Positions 29,533 through 39,516 of a stretch of DNA of 64,000 nt are shown here, piece after piece. The stretch comes from Armatimonadetes bacterium UBA1398 (GTDB lineage: Bacteria; Armatimonadota; Zipacnadia; UBA1398). The notes under the pieces were generated by a model. That model did not search any database, was not told the DNA's origin, and saw only the letters and a program-made list of their open reading frames with translations. The translations under genes were made by a program, and so were the position numbers. The DNA lies in contig DBQI01000028.1 of the NCBI GenBank assembly GCA_002305165.1, forward strand, positions 6,801-70,800, read 5' to 3'. Each line of letters begins with the position of its first letter. Position 1 is the first letter of the stretch.

Positions 29533-30537
29533 ATGACCTCCCGAGAGATCGTCCACGCCAGCATGCACTTCGCCGGCCCCCCGCGTATCGCGTACGGGAT
29601 GGCCGGCGGCTTTCCCTCTGACGTCCGAGGTGTGGGGCACGCCCCTCCCCCCAACAGCCGCGCGCGCGGGTGGACGAACCGTGGCCGGTACTGGGACATG
29701 ATCGACGAGTGGGGTAACGAGTGGCGGCGCTTGGAGGCGATCACCAAGGGCGAGGTGCACAAGGGCGTCATCCAGGACTCCTGGGATCTCCTCGACGGTT
29801 ATCGGTGGCCCCAGCTTGACCGAGCCGAACTCTATGAGGGCACAGCCCAGCGGACGAGGGAGTTCCACGAGGAGGGTTACTTCGTGCTGGGCGGTCTGCG
29901 CTGGCCCTTCGACGTGGCCCGGTACATGCGAGGCATGGAGAACTTCCTCGCCGACTGCGCCGGTGACAAGGAACGCGTCAAGCACCTCATGGGGTTGGTC
30001 ACGGACATCCTGGAGCGCCAGATCCATCGGTACGCCGACGCGGGAGTCGATGCCGTCATGTCCGGCGAGGACTGGGGCACTCAGGATCGTCTCCTCGTGA
30101 GTCCCGACACCTTCCGCGAGATCTTCCTCCCCTGCTTCCGGCGCCTCTGCGGAGCCGCGCACAGCCGTGGCCTCTACGTTTGGTTCCACTCATGCGGCTA
30201 CGTGCGGGAGGTCATCGGCGACTGGTTCGAGGCGGGTATCGACTGCTGCCAGTTCGACCAGCCCGAGCTGCACGGGATTGATCTGCTGGCTCGGAAGTTC
30301 GGAGGTCGGATGCACTTCTGGTGCCCCGTGGACATCCAGACCACCCTTCAGACGCGCGACAAGGACCGGATTCGGGCGGCTGCCCGGGACTACGTAGAGA
30401 AGCTAGGCTCCTACGGTGGCGGCTTCGTTGCGGGCTACTACGGCAGCAACGAGGCTCTGGGGCTGGATCCCGAGTATCAGGCCGCCGCGTGCGAGGCTTT
30501 CATGCAGTCCGGGGACCCAGCGCCCTGGTGTCGCTAG
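29533..30537 (+). CDS. Uroporphyrinogen decarboxylase family protein (URO-D/MtaA-like)
   Basis: RGMENFL, EDWGTQDRLLVSP, FHSCG and VDIQ motifs. Confidence 0.88.
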   Translation: MTSREIVHASMHFAGPPRIAYGMAGGFPSDVRGVGHAPPPNSRARGWTNRGRYWDMIDEWGNEWRRLEAITKGEVHKGVIQDSWDLLDGYRWPQLDRAELYEGTAQRTREFHEEGYFVLGGLRWPFDVARYMRGMENFLADCAGDKERVKHLMGLVTDILERQIHRYADAGVDAVMSGEDWGTQDRLLVSPDTFREIFLPCFRRLCGAAHSRGLYVWFHSCGYVREVIGDWFEAGIDCCQFDQPELHGIDLLARKFGGRMHFWCPVDIQTTLQTRDKDRIRAAARDYVEKLGSYGGGFVAGYYGSNEALGLDPEYQAAACEAFMQSGDPAPWCR

Positions 30538-32837
30538 TCGCCTCGTGCCTCTACGACCACCTCGTGCATCCACTGCTGCTTGCCGTATAGCCCGTAGCGG
30601 ATGGCGACGAGCACATCGAGGAGGCTCTCCAGCCGGCGCTCCTCCACCACTTCCAGCGCTATCTCGTGGAGGTCCGCTCCCGTGGGGTGCAGTCGCAGCT
30701 CGATGATCGCGTGGCTGACCCGGCGGATGGCTGTATCGGCAGCTCCCCAGTCGCCCTTCTCGGCCGCCCAGGTCACTCGTTCGGTAATCGAGTAGTCCAG
30801 CGGGGCGCGGTCAACCAGGCGTGCCACCCTGGCCGACTCCCGCCGGGCCGGATGTGGCACCGGGATGCCCCTCAGAGGCGTGGCATAGTACTCTCGCTGG
30901 TTGCCCTTCCGCTTGCCGCGGTGAGCGAACCAGAAGTCGGCGATGGAGGAGTTGAGGATCCCCGTGAGGCGCGTCAGCTCGTCAGGGCCGAGGCCCCACA
31001 GGTAGTAGGCGTCGGCGCTGGCGTAGAGCGGCTGTGGCACATAGGCGAAGGCGTTGGCCCGCGCGCGGTGCGGACACATGACCTTCGGCGCTTCGAACAT
31101 CGACTCGCCGCGAGGCCAGTGCAGCCTCCACCATGGGATTGCCCCCATCGCCACCTCACGGCGAGCCGCGAGGAGCGCGCGGTACCGGCGTAGATGTCGC
31201 AGCACCGCTGGATGCAGGCTCAGGTCCACGGTGTCGTCCAGATAGAGCAGGCGCAGCCTGGGAGACGTGGTCATGGCATAGCGCTCGATCTCGGAGTTCT
31301 TGATGAAGGGGCGAACCACGCTGTCCGTGTCGGGGATCCCCGCCGCCGCGAGTTCCTCCGGTGTCAGCACGAAGATGCCCTGCCCCAGGTGAGACATGGC
31401 GCCCTTCGGTAGCCGGTCGGAGTTGGCGGGGGTGACGCGATCGGCCCCGGAGATGAGCCCCTGGCTCACCTTGGCGAGGCTGCCCAGCTGGACCCCTGCC
31501 GCCGCGATCGCCTCCAGCACCTGCTCGCGCCTCCGGCCCACGGGGATATGCCAGACGCCGGCCGGACCCTCGGGTCGGACTATCTCGCCTACCCCCGCGG
31601 TCACCGACAGGCTCTCGATAGGCCCTCCGCGGGAGTGCGCCTCATTCAGGGCCTCCTCAACTCGTGCGCACGTCTCCTCGAGCGGACCGGGCGTGCGTAC
31701 CCGAGCCCAGGCCATGGGCTGATCCCCAGCGTGGGATGCATCGTTGGAGCGACGACGGAGCAGTATCGCGAGGTTGTGTTGTCCGCCCGCGCTCCCGAAC
31801 AGCCGCTGCTCGCCGAAGTCCACGATCTCCAGGACCGCAGCCCGGTCGTAGAGCCGTTCCCGTAGACCTGAGGCGCCATCGGCGGTCAGCCAGTAGGCTG
31901 TGGTCAGAAGGGCTATCACGCCCCCCGGCCGAGTAACCTCCAGACACAACTCGGCGAAGTAGTAGAAGAGGTCCATGCGCGGCGCTCGCCGGACCGTTAG
32001 GCTGGGGATCTCCCGCATCAGACGATCGAAGAGGCTCTTGTTCCGCCGCTCGCCTACGTAGGGAGGGTTGGCGCAGCAGATCTCGTGCTCTGCCGAGGGG
32101 CCCTCACCCAGTGCCCACAGGCTGTTCTCCAGCATCAACCGGGGGATGGGTAGGATGCCCCGTCCCTCTGCCGCCGCCACCTGAAGCAGCAGGTTTGCCT
32201 GAGCCAGGCAGTGGCTCACCCGGGAGAGCTCAGACCCCGCCACGGAGCCGATCAGGTCGGCCCTTGATGCCCCCTCGGCTCGCGCTCGGCGCAGGTGGCC
32301 GACCAGGAATCTCCCCGTGCCCATAGCGGGATCGTACATCCGGCCGTACGGCATAACCTTGCTAACCCGAGACAGGAGTAGATCGGCGACGGGCCGGGGC
32401 GTGAAGTGCTGCCCACGAGGCCCGCCATCGGTCCGGTCAAGGTGAGCCTCGTACAACTCCCCAAGCAGGTCATGGTCGATTCCCGCGGGATCGAGGCGCC
32501 GCATCGCCCGCGCTGCTTTGGCGAAGTTATCGTTACTCCCACCGCGGTCGGTGTTGCGTCTGGCCGCCACCAGTAGAGGAAAGGCAGCCTCCGCGCCGGG
32601 GCCGAACGCCTTCGTCAGGCTGTCGGACAGCCGCTGGCGCGTCGACTCGGGGTCGTCCTCGCTGCCACCGGTGTTCCAGGCCGCGTCAACCGCCAGGCGC
32701 GACAGCCAGACAAAGGCGTTCTCCGTTGGCGAGAGGGCGACGCCGGCCGGCGGAAGTTCCGACCCGCAGCTCAGGAGCAGCCGGAGGGCGTCAGCCGCCG
32801 GCTGGGCCGCCTCTTGAATGGCTCTCAGCATTGGCAT
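30534..32837 (-). CDS. N6-adenine/N4-cytosine DNA methyltransferase with TaqI-like C-terminal specificity region
   Basis: GQHFTP, DPAMGTGRFL (motif I), NPPY (motif IV), DLFYYF and LTGILNS motifs. Confidence 0.85.
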   Translation of the reverse strand: MPMLRAIQEAAQPAADALRLLLSCGSELPPAGVALSPTENAFVWLSRLAVDAAWNTGGSEDDPESTRQRLSDSLTKAFGPGAEAAFPLLVAARRNTDRGGSNDNFAKAARAMRRLDPAGIDHDLLGELYEAHLDRTDGGPRGQHFTPRPVADLLLSRVSKVMPYGRMYDPAMGTGRFLVGHLRRARAEGASRADLIGSVAGSELSRVSHCLAQANLLLQVAAAEGRGILPIPRLMLENSLWALGEGPSAEHEICCANPPYVGERRNKSLFDRLMREIPSLTVRRAPRMDLFYYFAELCLEVTRPGGVIALLTTAYWLTADGASGLRERLYDRAAVLEIVDFGEQRLFGSAGGQHNLAILLRRRSNDASHAGDQPMAWARVRTPGPLEETCARVEEALNEAHSRGGPIESLSVTAGVGEIVRPEGPAGVWHIPVGRRREQVLEAIAAAGVQLGSLAKVSQGLISGADRVTPANSDRLPKGAMSHLGQGIFVLTPEELAAAGIPDTDSVVRPFIKNSEIERYAMTTSPRLRLLYLDDTVDLSLHPAVLRHLRRYRALLAARREVAMGAIPWWRLHWPRGESMFEAPKVMCPHRARANAFAYVPQPLYASADAYYLWGLGPDELTRLTGILNSSIADFWFAHRGKRKGNQREYYATPLRGIPVPHPARRESARVARLVDRAPLDYSITERVTWAAEKGDWGAADTAIRRVSHAIIELRLHPTGADLHEIALEVVEERRLESLLDVLVAIRYGLYGKQQWMHEVVVEARGD

Positions 32838-32991
32838 GCGCGGTAACCTTTTGGCAAGTTCTCAGACCAAGCGAAGAACGGGGCAGACCATGCCGGTGTT
32901 CACGGGGGTCGGACTTGATAGGCCTGCAGGTGACCCCCGCGGCGGCCAGGAAACGCCCCCTGCAAGTATGAGAACGAGGAGGGAAACACCC

Positions 32992-34215
32992 ATGCGATAC
33001 ATGCTCGTAGGGATCGCTATTGCAGCCCTGCTGGCGGGCGCCAGTCAGGCTCAGTTCGGCGACTCGGCCCTCTCGCCGCCGGTTATCACCGCCGCGCAGA
33101 GGAACGAAGAGATCACCATCAAGATGTTCCGGCTCACGACGTGGCTTCAGGAGGAAGGCTACGGAGGGGTCCTCATCAACCAGTACCGGAACTTCCAGTG
33201 GATCACGGGCGGCGCCGATATGCAGGTCGTGACGGCCTCGGAGCGTGGTCCCGTCACCTTGGTAATCACCGCGACCGGTGGCCGCTACTTCCTGTGCAGC
33301 AACTCCGAGGACCTCCGGATGCAGAACGAGGAGCTCGGAGCCCTGGGCTATGAGGGGGTCGCGTGGCCATGGTACGAGGGCGCGAGCGACAGCGGTACGA
33401 TGGCGCGAGCCGTCGCTGGGATCGCTCAGGGCCGCCCACTCGCGAGCGACTTCGACACCCCTCTGGCGACCAATGAGTCTGAGGCCCTGCGTGGGCTCAG
33501 GCTTGTTCTGACCCAGTCGGAGATCGAGAAGTACCGGTGGCTCGGGCGCCAGTGTGCCGAGGCGTGCGAGAAGGTCTGCCGGGAGATCGAACCGGGTATG
33601 ACCGAGAAGCAGGTTCAGGCCATGATCTCCAGCGAGCTGATGTTCCGGGACATCCAGCCGACGGTGCTCCTGATGGCCAGCGACGAGCGGCTCTTCTCAT
33701 ACCGTCATCCCATCGCCACGGACAAGCCGGTTGAGAAGTACGTGCAGGTCAACATCTGCGCTAAGAAGTGGGGCCTGGTGATCGCGGTGACCCGCTATGT
33801 TCACTTCGGTCCGCTTCCAGGAGACCTGGGAAGGAAACTGCGCGGGTGCGCGCAGGTATGCGGCGCCTACCTCGGCGCGACTCGGGAGGGCAACACGGCT
33901 GGCGACGTGATCGCCGCTGGCCAGGAGGCCTTCGCCTTCGTGGGCTGGCCCGACGAGTGGCAGATGCACCACCAGGGCGGCGCCATCGCCTACGAGGAGC
34001 GCGAGTGGACAGGGTACCCCGGCGCCCGTATGCCGATCCAGGCCAACATGGCATTTGCCTGGAACCCCACGATCCAGGGCGCCAAGGTCGAGGATACCGT
34101 TCTCCTCCGGGAGGATGGCGTCTTGGAGAACCTCACGGATACGGGGAACTGGCCGACCATACCCGTGCGCGTGGGTGATCAGGTGTACAACGCGCCGAGC
34201 ATCCTGGTTCGGTAG
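32992..34215 (+). CDS. M24 (aminopeptidase P-like) family protein with signal peptide
   Basis: EIEKYR, PGMTE, YRHP, HHQGG and NPTIQGAKVEDT motifs; N-terminal signal peptide. Confidence 0.8.
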   Translation: MRYMLVGIAIAALLAGASQAQFGDSALSPPVITAAQRNEEITIKMFRLTTWLQEEGYGGVLINQYRNFQWITGGADMQVVTASERGPVTLVITATGGRYFLCSNSEDLRMQNEELGALGYEGVAWPWYEGASDSGTMARAVAGIAQGRPLASDFDTPLATNESEALRGLRLVLTQSEIEKYRWLGRQCAEACEKVCREIEPGMTEKQVQAMISSELMFRDIQPTVLLMASDERLFSYRHPIATDKPVEKYVQVNICAKKWGLVIAVTRYVHFGPLPGDLGRKLRGCAQVCGAYLGATREGNTAGDVIAAGQEAFAFVGWPDEWQMHHQGGAIAYEEREWTGYPGARMPIQANMAFAWNPTIQGAKVEDTVLLREDGVLENLTDTGNWPTIPVRVGDQVYNAPSILVR

Positions 34216-34233
34216 CGAACCTGCCCGCAGGAG

Positions 34234-34260
34234 GAGGGGCTGGGTATCCACCAGCCCCTC
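34234..34260. terminator. Hairpin, probable terminator
   Basis: GAGGGGCTGG-7 nt-CCAGCCCCTC just after the M24 stop. Confidence 0.55.
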
Positions 34261-34420
34261 GCTCCAGACGACCTCTTGAGCCGCTACGGCCTCTGGCCTT
34301 GGGAGGGCCCGTGAGCAAGGACCTGGAGCCCTCGGTGGAGTTCGGGCACCTGTACCTGGACTTACCGCGGGAGGAGATCGCTCGGTTCAAGGGAGCCGAG
34401 TGACCCCTCCCGCGCGGATC

Positions 34421-35593
34421 CTATGTTGCAGAGAGCGCCTGCTGCCCCGCGAGGGTTGTATCGGAGGCCTCTCCCTCCTCGACATCAACGAGGCTGTACT
34501 CGCAGGCGCCCAGCCCGAGTTCCTCGCCATAGCGGCAGACAAGGTAGGGATCCTTGTAGGGGCCGTGCAGCTTCTGCAGGGGATGGCCCTCTACCTCAGG
34601 CCGGACCTCCATGGAGGACGGCACGTTCTCGAGGATCAGCTCCTTGGACTTCATGGCATCAAGGCAGGCGGTGTCTACGGCGCAGGGGTCGTTACCCCCG
34701 AAGATACCGATGTCGGGGAGTATTGCCGGACCGGTGAAGCCGAAGCAGTCGCATACGGGGGTGATCTGTGTGCCGATGTTGATGAAGACCTGTTTGTCGC
34801 GATCGAAGGTTATCAGGACTGACTCGACGGCGTAGGCCATGGCTTGCTGGAATGACTGGAAGTTCACGGGGTCGATCTGGAGGGAACCTTCGGGCGCGAC
34901 CTGCAGGCATCGCCCGCACTGGTTGCAGGGCTCAAAGTGGAGGTGCAGCCCCTCGTCCCGCTCCTTGTCCTGAACGATGCAACCGAAGGGGCAGGAATCG
35001 ATGATCCTCTGCCGCGTCTCCGCATCCGGGCACAGCTCGGGGAACCAGTAGGTGTCGAAGTGCATGACATCGTGCATCTGCCCGCGCGTGGCGGCGGCCA
35101 TGCCCCCCAGCGCGAGGTTCTTGAACACGCCTCCGTAGGAGCATGACGGATGGCCCTTGGCGTGCGCGAGGTCGATGAGGAAAGTGGCGTCATGCAGGTG
35201 GCCACCCACACGCCATTCCTTGATGTTCTTGTAGGGCCTCTCACGAGGGTAGAAGTACTGTTCCGTCGCGCCCTGGTTCGGGATGATGGGGCAGCCCAGG
35301 GTCTCCGTCGTGTAGCCCCTCTCGGCGGCCGTAGCGCATGAGCTGGGTGAATCAGTGACGAAGGGGTGACCGCCGCCCTCCTTCACCGCCTGCACGACCT
35401 TCCGCACAAAGACCGGATGGAGGACCGAGTAGCCGATGTTGAAGCCGAGGTGCATCTTGATCGCGACAGTCTCACCCTTGACCCGGTCGCGGATGGCGAG
35501 CCGCTCCAGGATGCGGTCGAGTCTCGCGGGGAGGGTCTGCTCAGGGACCAAGCTGCGCTGGAAGGGAGATCCGTAGTAGACATCCGTAGCCAT
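34421..35593 (-). CDS. DUF362 domain Fe-S protein
   Basis: VAIKMHLG, HAKGH..YGGVFKNLALG, CPFGC, CNQCGRC, CDC and DPCAVD motifs. Confidence 0.85.
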   Translation of the reverse strand: MATDVYYGSPFQRSLVPEQTLPARLDRILERLAIRDRVKGETVAIKMHLGFNIGYSVLHPVFVRKVVQAVKEGGGHPFVTDSPSSCATAAERGYTTETLGCPIIPNQGATEQYFYPRERPYKNIKEWRVGGHLHDATFLIDLAHAKGHPSCSYGGVFKNLALGGMAAATRGQMHDVMHFDTYWFPELCPDAETRQRIIDSCPFGCIVQDKERDEGLHLHFEPCNQCGRCLQVAPEGSLQIDPVNFQSFQQAMAYAVESVLITFDRDKQVFINIGTQITPVCDCFGFTGPAILPDIGIFGGNDPCAVDTACLDAMKSKELILENVPSSMEVRPEVEGHPLQKLHGPYKDPYLVCRYGEELGLGACEYSLVDVEEGEASDTTLAGQQALSAT

Positions 35594-35798
35594 CCGTATT
35601 GCGCCTCTCTCCGATGGACGTCAAGGGCCATCGGGGTTCTTGGCGTGCGTGTCGCCAGTTTTTCGCGGCCGCGGCGGGGCAGCCTCCTGATGCCGCCATG
35701 TCCACGCGCTGGCGGCAACGCCGCCCGTGGCGTCGGGAGGGACCCTGGTCGTCCCAGGTGAATCTGAGGTCTCGGCACGCCCGCCGACGAGGATTCCC

Positions 35799-37028
35799 AT
35801 GCCTAAGCAGGTCACGAGCAAGAGGAAACGCCGCACTCGGGCCACCCCGAGCGACTTCGCTGTCGCGTTTCTCATCACGGCCCTCATTGCCGTGATCGTC
35901 CTCGCCGCGATCGCATCGGTGCGGGGCTGGCAGGAGGGAAGGCTGGCGGGCGCCCTGAGCCCCGAATCAGCCCCGGCAACGGTCTACGAGACGTCGAGCG
36001 AGGGATCGGCGAAGCCTGTGGCGGGCCCGGGGGCCGACGGGGCGCTCTCACTGGCGGCCCCCTCACACGATGGTAGGTGGCTGGCCTGGACCGGCACTCG
36101 TGGCAGTGAGAGTGGACTCTGGCTCGCCGACCGCAAAGGCAACGACCCCAGACTGCTCGTGGCGGGTAATCCGTCGCCGGGCGCCCGGCCCGCCTGGTCG
36201 GTTGATAACCAGCTCATCGCGTGGATGGAGCGCACCCAGCCAGGAGTGGGCCTCTTGAGGGTGACGGAAGCCGCTTCCGGGTCGGCCGCGTCCTTCGCCG
36301 AACTGCCCTGCGCCGAAGGGGCCGGCGTCGTGTGGATGCCAGGGACGAGCTGTCTCTTAGTGACCGACCCCGCAACGGATAAGCTGCTCGTGGTGTCCGG
36401 CGATTCGGGGAGCCCCGGAGTGGTCGCCGAGGGGGTGCGCTGCGATGCCCGTGGACCCGGTCTGCGGGTGGGACGCTCGCGTCTGGATACCTATGCCCTC
36501 GATGACCGGAGCCGCCACGTGCTCGGCAGCACCGAACGCATCGCGATGACGGAGTGGGTCGAGCCTTCGCCCGATGGTCAGGTCGTGGCCGTCGTGGAGG
36601 CTCCCGCCGTCAATGCGCGGGTCGTCAATGTCGCTGTCGCAGCCGCCGGTTACGAGACGCGTCCGCGTTACCAGCGCGGGACGCCTGGATGGGTCGACAA
36701 CGCCCCGATGCCGGGCTTCCTGTCATGGTCTCCCGACTCGACCCGGCTGCTCTACTACTTCCCCGAGGGCACGGGCGCCGATGAGCCCATCGGCCTCTTC
36801 CGCGAGGACGGCGAGGCGGATGCGGCCGTGGTCGAGCGCTCCCACGGCGCCGTCACGACGCTGATTCACTGGCCCGGCGATGGTGGTCCGGCTCGGGCCG
36901 CGTGGATCGACGACCAGCGGATAGCCTATCTCGAGGGCGATCCGCCGGGCCGCTTGTGGATCGTGGATGCTGACTCGGGAGATGCGGCCTTGCTCTGGGA
37001 CCGTCCCGAGGGGGGGCAGGCGCGATGA
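35799..37028 (+). CDS. Membrane-anchored TolB-like beta-propeller protein
   Basis: N-terminal TM; PSHDGRWLAW, PAWSVD, PSPDG and SWSPDS repeats. Confidence 0.7.
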   Translation: MPKQVTSKRKRRTRATPSDFAVAFLITALIAVIVLAAIASVRGWQEGRLAGALSPESAPATVYETSSEGSAKPVAGPGADGALSLAAPSHDGRWLAWTGTRGSESGLWLADRKGNDPRLLVAGNPSPGARPAWSVDNQLIAWMERTQPGVGLLRVTEAASGSAASFAELPCAEGAGVVWMPGTSCLLVTDPATDKLLVVSGDSGSPGVVAEGVRCDARGPGLRVGRSRLDTYALDDRSRHVLGSTERIAMTEWVEPSPDGQVVAVVEAPAVNARVVNVAVAAAGYETRPRYQRGTPGWVDNAPMPGFLSWSPDSTRLLYYFPEGTGADEPIGLFREDGEADAAVVERSHGAVTTLIHWPGDGGPARAAWIDDQRIAYLEGDPPGRLWIVDADSGDAALLWDRPEGGQAR

Positions 37029-38383
37029 CCCTGCTGACGCTTGCGGTCCTGCTTCTCGCCGAGCCATCGGTCGTCCGGGTCGCCCCCGGCGGGCCGGTGC
37101 TCATCCCGCCGGCGGGACTGGTGATCGATCGCGACGGGTCCCTGCTTCGCGCCGAGCGTCTGGCTCACTCGGGGAAGAAGCACTGGGCAGAGGCGTGGCG
37201 GACGGCAAGAGGTACCATTGTACTCATGGGCAACGATGGTGAGAGCATCGGTGCGCGAGCATATGGGCCCCTGGCGCCGGTACCCCGCGGTCTGAGCACA
37301 TTCCACTATCCCTGCGCCACTCGCGACCAGTACCCCATCGGAGGGCCGATGGAGGCGGGGGCGATCATCGCACCTGAGGACGATGGCTCGTTCCTCGTCA
37401 TCCGTGGCTGGTCCGGCGCGGCCGAGTGGCGCGACGAGCTGACCGACGCCGACATGGTCCTCGGCGGCGCCATGCTCTCCCCGAGTCCGGGCACCGCGCT
37501 CATCGAGCGCCTGGGTCTCGCGCCGGCCGACCTCTCTGTACACGCGGTCAGCGCCGACGGTCGGTTTGTCTACGGACTCCTGCCGACCGACGGAGAGGAC
37601 GCGCCAGCGTGGTTCAGCCGCGCCGCCCTTGGGGCGGAGTGGACCGGCCTCCGCGGTCTGCCGGGCCAGGCGCCGCTCGATGTCATCGGCGCCGTGGCGC
37701 TGTTCGTCAGTCCCCTCGATCTGGGCCCTGCCGGGCCGTTCATGGTCGATCTGCTGACGGGCGAAGTGCTCCGCGAGCCGAGGGGCTGGATGATCGACGG
37801 GCTTCCCTCAGGGATGGCGCGCCGCGTCGCGCGGTCCGACGGACCGTGGTTCGAGTGGCGCGGCATGAGCGTGAACCCCGTCACGGGCGGGGTGCGCATC
37901 TGCTGGGATGACCCGCAGCTGTGGGCTCCCGCGCCCGATGGGCAGTGGTCGGCTGTCCTGGATGCGTACAGGCCCGCCGCGCCCGTGAACTGGGCCAAGG
38001 GACCACCCGAGTCTTGCGAGGCATGGCTCGCTGTAGTCCCCGCGGGGAGCGAGCAGGAGGCGCCCATGCTGCGCCCCCAGGCGCGATGGGCCCAGCCCGT
38101 CGCGAGAGCTGTAGAGGGGTGGCCCCCGCTGCACCTCGCACCTGTGTGGTCGTTGGACGGAAGGCTCGTTGCCTGCGGGGAGCGTGTCTTCCGAGCCGAC
38201 TCCGGCCAGATGGCGGGGGAGCTAGCGGGCACGAGCCCGTGGCCCATCGCCTTCACCTCCGCGGGGTCACTGCTGTGGCTCGATCGGGACGGGGACGCGG
38301 GCGAGCTCTTCGAATGGAGCCTGGGGACGGAAGGCGCATCGCCGGCGTCTCTGTCGCAGGCTCTACCCCTGCCGGGCGGGTAG
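37025..38383 (+). CDS. Secreted hypothetical protein
   Basis: 452 aa ORF coupled to the upstream gene (ATGA); signal-like N-terminus. Confidence 0.6.
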   Translation: MTLLTLAVLLLAEPSVVRVAPGGPVLIPPAGLVIDRDGSLLRAERLAHSGKKHWAEAWRTARGTIVLMGNDGESIGARAYGPLAPVPRGLSTFHYPCATRDQYPIGGPMEAGAIIAPEDDGSFLVIRGWSGAAEWRDELTDADMVLGGAMLSPSPGTALIERLGLAPADLSVHAVSADGRFVYGLLPTDGEDAPAWFSRAALGAEWTGLRGLPGQAPLDVIGAVALFVSPLDLGPAGPFMVDLLTGEVLREPRGWMIDGLPSGMARRVARSDGPWFEWRGMSVNPVTGGVRICWDDPQLWAPAPDGQWSAVLDAYRPAAPVNWAKGPPESCEAWLAVVPAGSEQEAPMLRPQARWAQPVARAVEGWPPLHLAPVWSLDGRLVACGERVFRADSGQMAGELAGTSPWPIAFTSAGSLLWLDRDGDAGELFEWSLGTEGASPASLSQALPLPGG

Positions 38384-38419
38384 CTCTGGCGAGACACGAT
38401 CCACAGAGGAGGCGCTCGA

Positions 38420-39412
38420 TTGACGCCACGGGAGAGCATCCTGACCGCGCTGCGGCATGAGACCCCAAGCGGGCTTGTGCCGCATATAGAGCTGGAATAC
38501 CAATTGACAGCCGAGGAGTTCGGCATGGAGGCGGTTCGCGGTCATCACCTCGAGGGGAAGAGCGCCGCCGCTGCCGATGACCTGTTGAAGCGCAACGCCG
38601 ACCTGTGGGTAAGGGTCGCCGAGCGCTTCCGCTGGAGCGCCATCACAGGCACCCACTGGTTGCCCCTGGACGCCCAGTGCCGCTGCCTGGAGCTCATCCG
38701 GGAGCGGGCCGGCGACACCTACATGCTAACGGCGTTCCTCGACCCCACCTACTCCATACCTGCGGGTGAGCACATGATGGACCATGTGATATACCTCACC
38801 GACCACGCGGAAGAAGCGAAGGAGCAATCACGCCAGGCTGTGGCTAGTCAGTTGGGGGCCGCGCGTGCCTTGCGTGACGCGGGGGCCGAGATCGTCTTCA
38901 TGTGCGCTGACTACTGCTTCAACACCGGGCCGTTTCTGTCGCCGAGCATGTTCGCTGAGTTCGTCACGCCCATCCTCACGGAGTTCGTCGATGGCCTGCA
39001 CGAGCTCGGCATGTGGACCGTGAAGCACACGGATGGCGACATCATGCCAATCCTCGACCAGCTCGTCGCATCGGGTACCGACGCCATCCACTCCATCGAC
39101 CCCATGGCGGGCGTAGACATACGTGAGGTGCGCCGCCGTTGCGGCAGCGACGTGACCCTGTTCGGGAACGTTGACTGCAGCTACCTCCAGGAGGCACGGG
39201 AGGAGCTGATTCGCGAATCGACGCTCTATGCCCTCGAGTATGGGGGCGTGGATCGAGGGAGCTACGTCCTCGCCTCCTCGAACTGCATCTTCCGAGGCGT
39301 GCCACAGCGGAGCTACGACGTGATGCTGCAGATCCGTGAGGAGTACGGCTACCCGGGTTGCAGGCGCCCCATGGACGGACTGGAGCCGCCTAAGCCCATG
39401 GGCCAGAGGTAG
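38420..39412 (+). CDS. Uroporphyrinogen decarboxylase family protein
   Basis: MTPRE, ADYCFNTGPFLSP, KHTDG, LFGNVD and LASSN motifs. Confidence 0.88.
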   Translation: MTPRESILTALRHETPSGLVPHIELEYQLTAEEFGMEAVRGHHLEGKSAAAADDLLKRNADLWVRVAERFRWSAITGTHWLPLDAQCRCLELIRERAGDTYMLTAFLDPTYSIPAGEHMMDHVIYLTDHAEEAKEQSRQAVASQLGAARALRDAGAEIVFMCADYCFNTGPFLSPSMFAEFVTPILTEFVDGLHELGMWTVKHTDGDIMPILDQLVASGTDAIHSIDPMAGVDIREVRRRCGSDVTLFGNVDCSYLQEAREELIRESTLYALEYGGVDRGSYVLASSNCIFRGVPQRSYDVMLQIREEYGYPGCRRPMDGLEPPKPMGQR

Positions 39413-39516
39413 CGGCGTCAGTCAGCGAGGCATGTGATCATGGCTCGCCTCGGTTTGTCTTGCGGCCAGGTAGGTGTCGGCCATAGGGGGAACTACGGGG
39501 ACGAGGTGAGGTTGCC

